Positions 38,574 through 46,648 of a DNA stretch of 64,000 nt are shown in pieces. The position numbers were made by a program, and so were the translations under genes. This stretch comes from Clostridiales bacterium. Its GTDB lineage: Bacteria > Bacillota > Clostridia > Oscillospirales > CAG-382. The stretch lies in contig SFLA01000001.1 of assembly GCA_004553575.1 (NCBI GenBank), positions 30,521 through 94,520 of the forward strand, written 5' to 3'. Position 1 is the first letter of the stretch, and the number at the start of each line of letters is the position of its first letter. The notes below the pieces were generated by a model that had not been told where the DNA came from, ran no database searches, and was given only the letters and a program-made list of their open reading frames with translations.

Positions 38574-39605
38574 TCAATCGGGATATATGTATATACCCAA
38601 TATATCGGCGTAGTTACCGCCGGGAGTATCAAAATTAACCTCGTAAAATGCCGATATTCCGACCTTTCCGTTTTTAACAAAGCAAACTGCCGACTTCAGT
38701 TCTATACCGGTAATCATTTCGTTTTCGTCGAGTCCGGGTTCCCAGAATTCAAACGCCGTAGCGATAAGCGCGTCTTCGGTAATACCCGACAGCAGTTCTT
38801 TCTGCTCCGCAGTCAGCTCCGGCGGGTCGATAACCTGCACGATAACCGAGCCCCGGGAAGAAAAAACCACTTCCGCGCCCGCACTGATTTTTAACCGTTC
38901 GACCGAAAAGCCGTAAACAATTCTGTATCGCCGTATAACCTCGTTTTCGTTTTCGGCGACAGCAAAGCCCTCGCGGGTCCAGCCGCTCATCCCGTTTTCG
39001 GAATATGACCACCCGGCGGTATAAACCGTGCATTCGGCGCCGGAAAGGTCTATATCCGAAATCCCGGATATGTATTCGATTGCCTTTGCACGCAGCTCCG
39101 ATTCGCTTGTACGGGTAATATCGATTGCGGAAGTCGGATATCCGACCGTCCTGAACACCTTACCGGTGTCTCTCCGTACACACACAAAACTGCCTGTGTC
39201 TTTATCCGGGTTATCCGACTCGTAGATATCAAAAACGAAATCCCGGTACGGAAGATCCGCAGTGCTCCGGTAGGTCATATTCGTCGGTACGCCGTACAGT
39301 TCGAAGACTGCGCTTTTTTCGTTTACGGCGTTATCGGTATATTCCTCCGGCTCAATATACATGCCGGCATCCCCGGATACGGAGTCCGTACCTTCGGAAG
39401 CTATTTCCAACACGGTGCCGGAGATCTTTTCTGCGTCCGGCGGGACGAAAGCGCCGGGACCGCTGTCGGTAACGTCTCCGGAATAATCGGAATAAAGGCT
39501 GCCGTCGGATCCGTCCCCCGGAATATCGTTCCCAACCGCGCAGGAAGCAAGACATGCGGCACATACCGCCGCGGCAAGCAAAAGTGCAATAAACGTTTTT
39601 CTCAT
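38574..39605 (-). CDS. hypothetical lipoprotein
   Basis: Lipobox ...AACLASC after MRKTFIALLLAAAV. AAGGGAGG RBS. No recognisable domain. Confidence 0.6.
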   Translation of the reverse strand: MRKTFIALLLAAAVCAACLASCAVGNDIPGDGSDGSLYSDYSGDVTDSGPGAFVPPDAEKISGTVLEIASEGTDSVSGDAGMYIEPEEYTDNAVNEKSAVFELYGVPTNMTYRSTADLPYRDFVFDIYESDNPDKDTGSFVCVRRDTGKVFRTVGYPTSAIDITRTSESELRAKAIEYISGISDIDLSGAECTVYTAGWSYSENGMSGWTREGFAVAENENEVIRRYRIVYGFSVERLKISAGAEVVFSSRGSVIVQVIDPPELTAEQKELLSGITEDALIATAFEFWEPGLDENEMITGIELKSAVCFVKNGKVGISAFYEVNFDTPGGNYADILGIYIYPD

Positions 39606-39672
39606 ATTTACCTCCCTTTTTTACCGCCCTTTGATTTTTCTGTTTCATTAAGGTATATCTGCATCTACGTGT

Positions 39673-39701
39673 AATATATCATACCTTTATCATGCCGTCA
39701 A
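39673..39701 (-). promoter_or_regulatory. sigma-70-type promoter for the lipoprotein gene
   Basis: On the minus strand: TTGACG (39701-39696), 17-nt spacer, TATATT (39678-39673). Confidence 0.45.
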
Positions 39702-39752
39702 CACTTTGCCCAAAATAATGCCGATTTCGTAACGATTTTTGTATATACTCAC

Positions 39753-39792
39753 AAAAAGTCCCTTGCGGCCGGTTATATCGCCGCAAGGGACC
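39753..39792 (-). terminator. rho-independent terminator of the PadR/lipid operon
   Basis: Minus strand reads GGTCCCTTGCGGC-gatataac-cGGCCGCAAGGGAC followed by TTTTTG, about 20 nt after the last stop codon (39814). Confidence 0.8.
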
Positions 39793-39813
39793 CTTTGTAT
39801 ATTATTCAGGAGG

Positions 39814-41445
39814 CTACTGTCGTTTAATCTTGTTAGAGGTCGTCTTTTCGAACGGGGAATCGCGCAGGATAACACGCGACACGTTTTTATATGCAGGCAG
39901 ACAGGAAAGCATCTCCTGCACATCGGCAAGCACCTTTTCCTCGTCGGTCCGCTCGGGGCAGTATATCTCTGCCTCAAGCCCGACTTCGTCGCCGCGCGAA
40001 TTCTTTATACCGCGCACCACGCACTCGGAAACGTATTCGATACGCGCTATATACTTTTCTATTTCCTCGGGGTATACGTTCTTTCCGTTGGACATTACCA
40101 CGATATTCTTTTTCCTGCCCGTTATAATAAGGCGGTCGTCGGGGGTGATAATACCGTAGTCGCCGGTGCGGAAGAATCCGTCCTCGGTGAAGACCTCGGC
40201 GGTCTTCTCCGGCTGCTTGTAGTAGCCCTTCATGACCACATCGCCCTTTACGAGCACCTCGCCCGCGCCGTCGGAATCCGGTGAATCGATCTTCCATTCG
40301 ATACAGCGGAGACGTGTTCCGCAGGTGTCGAAATCGTTGCGGGTCAGCTCGTCGTTGACACAGACCAGCGGCGAACACTCGGTTATCCCGTAGCCGCCGA
40401 CGAGCGTAAGTCCGACCGTATCGAAAAACCTGCCGACTTCGGGGCGTATCGGTGCGCCGCCGCAGACGATCTTTTTAAGTCTTCCGCCGAAGTTCTTCTG
40501 AATTTCGGCAAACAGCTTCGGACGAAGATCGATCCCGACCTTACGCATTGAATCGGAAAGCAGTACAGCCGTTCCGAACTTCTTTTCCTTGCCGCTCTTG
40601 CGTATCTGACGGCGTATGGCCGCATAGAACACATCGGCGAAGGCGGGAACGAGATAAATATATGACGGCTTGTAAAACTGCATTTCCTGCACTACGTTTT
40701 TAAGCGATTCGCTTATGCAGAGCGTAGAGCCGAAATGAAGGGAAACGAGAATATCGCAAACCGCCTCGTACGCATGATGATACGGAAGCACAGAAAGTCC
40801 GCAGTCATATATCTGCGACACCTCGAGCCCGCAGCATACCGAAGAAACGAGATTATGCTCGGTCAGCATTACGCCTTTGGCTATTCCGGTAGTGCCGGAG
40901 GTGTATATCAGTAGCTTGGTTTTGTCCGGTCGGTAATCAAACTCACGACGCGGAAGATCCTTTCCGCGCTCCGCGAGCGAGTAAATCGTTTCCGCCGAAT
41001 CACATTCGGGCTCGAGCGAGAAAACATATTTTATCCCCGGCAGCTTGTCTGAATTCTCCAGCACCGTGCCGATATTCTTCTCGTCGCAGAACACCGCCTC
41101 GCTGTCGCTGTCGGAAAGCAGATGCAGCTTTTCCTCCGGCGTAAGCTCCTTGTCGATGGGAACGAAGGTTCCGTTTCCGCCGAGCACCGTAAGATATGCG
41201 GCAATATACTCGAAGCTGTTCCGTCCGATACATGCGATATGAGCGCGGTCAAGCCCCATCTCCGCCAGAGCCGCGCCGATATTATCGGTAAATACACGGA
41301 ACTGCTCGAAGGAAACGTCCTTCACCTCGCCGCCCGCCTTGTAGCGGTATGCCGTTTTTTCGCCACCGCGCCCGGCGGCGCCGTCGATAAGCTCGCGTAT
41401 GCTGTTAACCGGAGGCGGGCACTCCCGTCTTATGTTCTTACGCAT
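39814..41445 (-). CDS. AMP-dependent synthetase/ligase (long-chain acyl-CoA/acyl-ACP synthetase-like), copy 2
   Basis: AMP-binding motif IYTSGTTGIAKGV, later GYGITE and ...FRTGDYG.... Start taken at ATG 41445 (8-nt overlap with the ACP gene); 41472 is also possible. Confidence 0.8.
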   Translation of the reverse strand: MRKNIRRECPPPVNSIRELIDGAAGRGGEKTAYRYKAGGEVKDVSFEQFRVFTDNIGAALAEMGLDRAHIACIGRNSFEYIAAYLTVLGGNGTFVPIDKELTPEEKLHLLSDSDSEAVFCDEKNIGTVLENSDKLPGIKYVFSLEPECDSAETIYSLAERGKDLPRREFDYRPDKTKLLIYTSGTTGIAKGVMLTEHNLVSSVCCGLEVSQIYDCGLSVLPYHHAYEAVCDILVSLHFGSTLCISESLKNVVQEMQFYKPSYIYLVPAFADVFYAAIRRQIRKSGKEKKFGTAVLLSDSMRKVGIDLRPKLFAEIQKNFGGRLKKIVCGGAPIRPEVGRFFDTVGLTLVGGYGITECSPLVCVNDELTRNDFDTCGTRLRCIEWKIDSPDSDGAGEVLVKGDVVMKGYYKQPEKTAEVFTEDGFFRTGDYGIITPDDRLIITGRKKNIVVMSNGKNVYPEEIEKYIARIEYVSECVVRGIKNSRGDEVGLEAEIYCPERTDEEKVLADVQEMLSCLPAYKNVSRVILRDSPFEKTTSNKIKRQ

Positions 41446-41677
41446 TCTTGCAGACCGCCTTGTTCTCGACATAATCCACTATATCGCCGACGGTCACAAG
41501 TCCGTCAAGATCGTTTTCGTCAAATGAAATGCCGAATTCGTCCTCGAAGGCTATTACCGCATTAAGAAATTCAAGGCTGGATATGCCGAGATCGTTGCGG
41601 AGATCCGCATCGGGCTTTACATCCGATTCGTCCCTGCCCAGCTCCTCGACAATAATTTTGCGTACTCTTTCAAACAT
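41438..41677 (-). CDS. acyl carrier protein (stand-alone, 79 aa)
   Basis: Four-helix-size acidic protein with the phosphopantetheine attachment motif DLGISSLEFLN. Confidence 0.85.
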   Translation of the reverse strand: MFERVRKIIVEELGRDESDVKPDADLRNDLGISSLEFLNAVIAFEDEFGISFDENDLDGLVTVGDIVDYVENKAVCKNA

Positions 41678-41697
41678 GTCTGATCATTACTCCCCGA

Positions 41698-42489
41698 TTA
41701 TTTTGAATATATGGCTCCTATAAGACGGTTGAGCGCCCGCGCCGGAAGCAGTTTGGTAAGCAGCACCGCGCATTTATACCCGAAGCCTATTGTGTAAAGC
41801 GGCTTGTGTCCGTTCTTCGTTGCAACGGAGGCGATAAAGCGCCCGGCCTTCGAAGCGGGCATTCCTCCGCGCTCGTCCTTTTCCATTGTACTTACCGATC
41901 TGGATATCCTGCCTCCGTATTCGGAATCTCCCGCCGTGTTCTTATTGCGCGAATCCGTAAATCCGGTGCGTATATCGCCCGGCATAACCCCGCAGACGGT
42001 TATACCGTAAGGTCTTACCTCGTTGGCAAGCGCCATAACGAAGGAATTAACGGCGGCCTTTGATACCGAATAATAAGTCTGGAAGGGTATCGGCACGACC
42101 GCCGCGACCGAAGAAGTGCAGACTATCCGTCCGCACCCGGCGGCACGCATATACGGAAGCACCGCATGAACGGTACGTATGCATCCGAAAAGGTTGACGT
42201 TCAGTTGCTTTTCCGCGTCGGCAACATCGGTAAACTCGACCGCACCCGATATACCGTATCCGGCATTGCTTACGAGTATATCTATTCTGCCCTCGCGGTC
42301 GAACACCGCTTTTACCGCAGCATTTACCGCGTCTTCGTCGGTTACGTCGCAGCTTATGTGCTTAACTCCGGGCAGATCCGCACCTCGGCGGGAAAAATCG
42401 TAAACGCTTACGCCGCGCGCGGCGAGCTCTCTCGCGCACTCCAGCCCGATACCCGAGCTTGCGCCGGTGACAACGGCGACCTTACCCAT
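41698..42489 (-). CDS. classical short-chain dehydrogenase/reductase (SDR)
   Basis: TGASSGIG cofactor motif, NAG, catalytic S...YSVSK. 8-nt overlap with the upstream alpha-oxoamine synthase (AOS) gene. Confidence 0.85.
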   Translation of the reverse strand: MGKVAVVTGASSGIGLECARELAARGVSVYDFSRRGADLPGVKHISCDVTDEDAVNAAVKAVFDREGRIDILVSNAGYGISGAVEFTDVADAEKQLNVNLFGCIRTVHAVLPYMRAAGCGRIVCTSSVAAVVPIPFQTYYSVSKAAVNSFVMALANEVRPYGITVCGVMPGDIRTGFTDSRNKNTAGDSEYGGRISRSVSTMEKDERGGMPASKAGRFIASVATKNGHKPLYTIGFGYKCAVLLTKLLPARALNRLIGAIYSK

Positions 42490-43654
42490 TTGTTATGACC
42501 GAAGCTATTATCCCTACCGCCTCGTCGATAAGCGGCTCGGTCAGAGACGCCATATAGCTGGTGCGCAGCAGACATCCGCCCTCCGGGCAGGCGGGAGGAA
42601 GCACCGGGTTAAGATATACTCCGCGGTCGTAAATCTCGCGGGATTTTTCAAGCGTATTGTAAACGTCGTCGGTATAAATCGGAACTATCGGCGTGGGGGA
42701 TTCGATAATCTTTACCCCGGCTGCCTTAAGTCCGCGGCGGGCGTGATCGGCAAGTCTGCCGAGACGAACCGGAAGCTCCGGATCGTCTTCGAGCACACGC
42801 AGCGCCGCCAGCGCCGTCGCGCAGGAAGCGGGTGTTATCGACGCGGAGAAAATAAACGGGCGGGATGCGTGCCGCACGTAATCCACCACTTCCTCGTCGG
42901 CGGCCATATAACCGCCGAGGCTTGCGAGCGACTTCGAGAAGGTACCCATGTAAATATCGGTTTCCGCTTCAAGCCCGAAGTAGCTTGCCGTACCTCTGCC
43001 GCCCTCTCCGAGCACGCCGAGTCCGTGTGCGTCGTCCACCATAACGCGTGCGCCGTACTTCTTTGCCAGCCTGACTATTTCGGGCAGACGGCATATGTCG
43101 CCGCTCATGGAGAACACGCCGTCGGTAACAATAAGTATACCGCCCTTGCCCTCACAGCTTATAAGCAGCCGTTCGAGATCCTCCATGTCGCTGTGCTTGT
43201 ATACATAGGTGCGGGCGTACGAAAGACGGCAGCCGTCGTAAATGCTTGCGTGATTCTCACGGTCGCAGAGTATGTAATCGCCGTGTCCGGCTATCGCGGA
43301 GATAATTCCCAGATTCGACTGAAATCCGGTGGAAAAGGTGGTAACCGCACCCTTGCGGAGAAACTTCGCAAGCTCCGCCTCAAGCTCGAGATGCAGGTTA
43401 AGAGTTCCGTTAAGAAACCTCGACCCGGAACAGCCCGTGCCGTATTTTTCCACCGCCTTCACGCCCGCCTCGATAACCGCGGGGTGAACGGTAAGCCCGA
43501 GATAATTGTTGCTCCCGAGCATTATCCGGCGCTTGCCCTCCATTATAACCTCGGTATCCTGCCGGCTCTCGAGCGCGTGAAAATACGGGTATATACCCTT
43601 TTCCTTAACCTCCTTCACGAGCGAAGGGGCATAGCACTTTTCAAATAAATCCAT
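42482..43654 (-). CDS. PLP-dependent alpha-oxoamine synthase, serine-palmitoyltransferase-like
   Basis: SNNYLGL, DDAHGLGVLG, PLP-Lys GTFSKSLASLGGY, C-terminal GVYLNPVLPPACPEGGCLLRTS. Colinear by eye with Sphingomonas and Bacteroides SPT sequences as I recall them. Confidence 0.75.
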   Translation of the reverse strand: MDLFEKCYAPSLVKEVKEKGIYPYFHALESRQDTEVIMEGKRRIMLGSNNYLGLTVHPAVIEAGVKAVEKYGTGCSGSRFLNGTLNLHLELEAELAKFLRKGAVTTFSTGFQSNLGIISAIAGHGDYILCDRENHASIYDGCRLSYARTYVYKHSDMEDLERLLISCEGKGGILIVTDGVFSMSGDICRLPEIVRLAKKYGARVMVDDAHGLGVLGEGGRGTASYFGLEAETDIYMGTFSKSLASLGGYMAADEEVVDYVRHASRPFIFSASITPASCATALAALRVLEDDPELPVRLGRLADHARRGLKAAGVKIIESPTPIVPIYTDDVYNTLEKSREIYDRGVYLNPVLPPACPEGGCLLRTSYMASLTEPLIDEAVGIIASVITNG

Positions 43655-43656
43655 CT

Positions 43657-45378
43657 TTACACCGCCGTTTTGTTATTTTCTTTTTCCAGTTCCTCCTGCT
43701 CAAGCTCGCGGTAGGCGACCTTGCCGACAAGAGTCTTGGGAAGGGACTTGCGGAATTCAATCTCCTTGGGAACGGCATAACGCGCCATGTTCTTGCGGCA
43801 GTATTCGATAAGTATCTGACGGTTCTCCTCGCTCGGCTGTACGCCGGGCTTAAGCATTACGAACGCCTTTACACGCTGCATCTTAACCGGGTCCTTAACC
43901 CCGATAACACAGCTCATGTGTACGAGCTCATGCGCGTCAAGTATATTCTCGAGCTGCGACGGATAGACATTATAGCCGCTCGTGATTATCATACGCTTAA
44001 TACGCTGGCGGAAATACACGAAGCCCTCCTCGTCCATAACGCCGAGATCTCCGGTATGTACCCAGGTTTTGCCGTCGTCGTGCACCCTAAGAGTGTTCGC
44101 GGTCTCCTCCGGGTGGTTTACGTATTCCATCATGACGGTGGGTCCGGCAATGCAGATTTCGCCCTCCTCGCCGTAAGGAACCTCCTCGGTCGTGCCGACG
44201 CGAACTATCTTGAAGAAGGTGTCGGGAAACGGCTGGCCAATACTGCCCTCCTTGGCAAGATGCAGCGGGGTAAGGCAGCAGGCGGTAACCGTCTCGGTCG
44301 TGCCGTAGCCCTCGCGCACTTTTATCGGGGCGCCGTGCTCGGCAAGGAACCGGTCGAACCTCTTTTTCAGCTCTACCGAAAGCGAATCCCCGCCGCTGAA
44401 CACACCCTTAAGGCAGGACAGGTCGGCGCCCTCCATGGACGGCAGGCGCAGAAGCGCCTCGTAGAGGGTGGGAACTCCGGCAATAAAGTTACAGCGGTGC
44501 TTTACAAGCAGCTTTGCGTAGCTTTCTGCGGTAAATCTCGGCACAAGTATGCATCTTCCGCCGTTGGCAAGCATCGAATGAATGCTTACCCCCAGACCGA
44601 AGCCGTGGAATATCGGCATGACGGCAAGCATCTTGTCGCCGGGGCGGAACATCGGGTTGGTCGCGATAATCTGCTCCGCAAGCGCGTTGAAGTTAAGGTT
44701 GGAAAGCAATATCCCCTTGGTTACTCCCGTGGTTCCGCCGCTGTACAGCACCACCGCGGGGTCGGCAGCCCTGCGCTGCACGAGATACTGCGAAGGATAG
44801 TTCTTACCGAGTGCGATAAAATCGTTCCAGTATACCACCGGAGCGTCCTTCGGCATCTTCGGCACCTTGCGGGCGGAAGTAAGCTCGTAGCCGACCTTCA
44901 TAATCGGAGACAGTTCGTCTTTTATCGTTGCGATAATAAGATGCGGAAGATCCACCTCGGCACGTATGGCGGCAAACTTGGGGTAAAACTGATCGAGCGT
45001 TATTGCCGCTACGCTTCCGGATTCCTTTAAGTAGAATTTTATCTCGTTCTCGCCGGATAGCGGATGCACCATATTGGCTATGGCGCCGACTCCGTTTATC
45101 GCATAGAACATCACGACAGCCTGCGGACAGTTGGGCATGCACACGGTTACCTTATCGCCCTCGCGAACGCCGAGTGTCTTAAGCGCTTTTGCGCAGGAAT
45201 CGAGCTTGACGGAAAGCTCGGCGTAGGTGGTCGTCTTTCCCATAAAGTCGTATGCTATGTTGTCGGGATACTTCTCGCAGATAGATTTTATCCTTTCCCA
45301 CATCGACCCGTCCGGATAATCCAGAGTCGGAGGAACCTCGCCGTAATTGTTAAGCCACGGAGTTTTTACGGTATTCAT
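43657..45378 (-). CDS. AMP-dependent synthetase/ligase (acyl-ACP/acyl-CoA synthetase-like), copy 1
   Basis: LYSGGTTGVTKGI, GYGTTE, ...VHTGDLG.... 573 aa. 2-nt gap to the AOS gene. Confidence 0.8.
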   Translation of the reverse strand: MNTVKTPWLNNYGEVPPTLDYPDGSMWERIKSICEKYPDNIAYDFMGKTTTYAELSVKLDSCAKALKTLGVREGDKVTVCMPNCPQAVVMFYAINGVGAIANMVHPLSGENEIKFYLKESGSVAAITLDQFYPKFAAIRAEVDLPHLIIATIKDELSPIMKVGYELTSARKVPKMPKDAPVVYWNDFIALGKNYPSQYLVQRRAADPAVVLYSGGTTGVTKGILLSNLNFNALAEQIIATNPMFRPGDKMLAVMPIFHGFGLGVSIHSMLANGGRCILVPRFTAESYAKLLVKHRCNFIAGVPTLYEALLRLPSMEGADLSCLKGVFSGGDSLSVELKKRFDRFLAEHGAPIKVREGYGTTETVTACCLTPLHLAKEGSIGQPFPDTFFKIVRVGTTEEVPYGEEGEICIAGPTVMMEYVNHPEETANTLRVHDDGKTWVHTGDLGVMDEEGFVYFRQRIKRMIITSGYNVYPSQLENILDAHELVHMSCVIGVKDPVKMQRVKAFVMLKPGVQPSEENRQILIEYCRKNMARYAVPKEIEFRKSLPKTLVGKVAYRELEQEELEKENNKTAV

Positions 45379-45379
45379 A

Positions 45380-46078
45380 TTACTTACTACCTTTCTCTTC
45401 TTTCTTTCGGTTTGTATACGCCACAGTCATTGCGGCGAGACGCTTACCGACCTTGCACAGCAACAGTAATCCGCCGAAGATCAGCAGCCAAACCGGCAGC
45501 AGAATCGTAATTTTATATCCGTAACCGGTCACAAAGGTACCGGAAAGCAGATCCATTGCAACGAAAACGAACACGACCGCCGCAAGATACACCGTTACCA
45601 CGAGCTTGCGGGAACGGTATGCGGCTAACCGCATAAGCACCAGCCCGATGACAAGTGTCATTGCAACCGTGCAGTATTTCAGAACAAACGGCACCGGAGC
45701 CGTAAGCCGCAGACCGTCGATTACCGCCGGAGACATATTCCCGAACGCGAGCTTGACCAGATATAATATCGGAACGACCGCCGCGAGCGCATACCAGATA
45801 TACTGAACCGAATCAAGCACCCGTTCTATCGGAGTCTGCCGCGGGATGTTCTGAATAAGCGCACGGCAGAATTCTCGGTAATCGGTACCTATAGCGGACG
45901 AGAACGGCTCGCCGCGATGCTGACACTCGAGCGCCATACCGACAAGATCCGATATCGTCTCCTCGTACGCGACTTCGTTAAGATAATGAGCCTGAAGATA
46001 CACAGCCATACGCCTTATCTCGCGCCTGTTTTCCGCGCTAAGTCTTGACGCTGCCGTCTTCAACTCTCTGTTCGACAT
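45380..46078 (-). CDS. PadR-associated membrane protein (N-terminal helical HAAS/DUF1700-like domain plus multiple TM segments)
   Basis: Soluble helical N-terminus (~85 aa), then about four hydrophobic segments. Overlaps the 3' end of the PadR gene. The family call is tentative. Confidence 0.45.
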   Translation of the reverse strand: MSNRELKTAASRLSAENRREIRRMAVYLQAHYLNEVAYEETISDLVGMALECQHRGEPFSSAIGTDYREFCRALIQNIPRQTPIERVLDSVQYIWYALAAVVPILYLVKLAFGNMSPAVIDGLRLTAPVPFVLKYCTVAMTLVIGLVLMRLAAYRSRKLVVTVYLAAVVFVFVAMDLLSGTFVTGYGYKITILLPVWLLIFGGLLLLCKVGKRLAAMTVAYTNRKKEEKGSK

Positions 46079-46409
46079 GCGGTGCCTCCTTTACGATTAT
46101 TTCCGCGGCAGCCGTATTCAGGTTTATCCAGCAATCCGTGAACTCGTTAAGATACTGCCTGCCGTAATCGGTTATCGTGTAGTATTTGCGCTTGGGCCCG
46201 AGCGGAGACGAACGAAGCTCCGAAGAGATGATGTTTTGCTTTTCCAGCCGGAGCAGCAGGGGATAAATCGTCCCCTCGGAAACGTCCCTGAATCCGCTGC
46301 CGCGCAGATATTCGATTATTTCGTAGCCGTATGTCGTCTCGCGGGAAATGATTTTTAGTATACATCCCTCCAGCGTTCCGCGCATAAGCTGTGACCTGTC
46401 AAAAAGCAT
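46038..46409 (-). CDS. PadR-family transcriptional regulator
   Basis: Winged-helix signature LEGCILKIISRETTYGYEIIEYL....SEGTIYPLLLRLEKQN...KRKYYTIT. ATG 46409 is preceded by an AAGGAGA RBS; ORF-track start 46451 lacks one. Confidence 0.85.
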   Translation of the reverse strand: MLFDRSQLMRGTLEGCILKIISRETTYGYEIIEYLRGSGFRDVSEGTIYPLLLRLEKQNIISSELRSSPLGPKRKYYTITDYGRQYLNEFTDCWINLNTAAAEIIVKEAPHVEQRVEDGSVKT

Positions 46410-46461
46410 TCCCTGTCTCCTTGCCTGCGCATGGGTACTATGCCGTACCAAGTACTGCTAC

Positions 46462-46490
46462 ATTGTATCGCAAAGTAGAGCGCGTGTCAA
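46462..46490 (-). promoter_or_regulatory. sigma-70-type promoter of the PadR/lipid operon
   Basis: On the minus strand: TTGACA (46490-46485), 17-nt spacer, TACAAT (46467-46462). Confidence 0.55.
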
Positions 46491-46589
46491 TAGTATATTA
46501 ACACAAAATACAAAAATCGCATTCCGCCGTAATAAATTTTCGTCAAACACTTCACTCGGTGCAGCTTACCGGACTTTTGAAGATGCACA

Positions 46590-46627
46590 TAAAAATAAGC
46601 CCCCGCGAAGCTGTCGCTTCGCGGGGC
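46590..46627 (-). terminator. rho-independent terminator after recN
   Basis: Minus strand reads CCCCGCGAAGC-gaca-GCTTCGCGGGG followed by CTTATTTTTA. Confidence 0.8.
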
Positions 46628-46648
46628 GTCCGTACTGTTTCGTATTTG

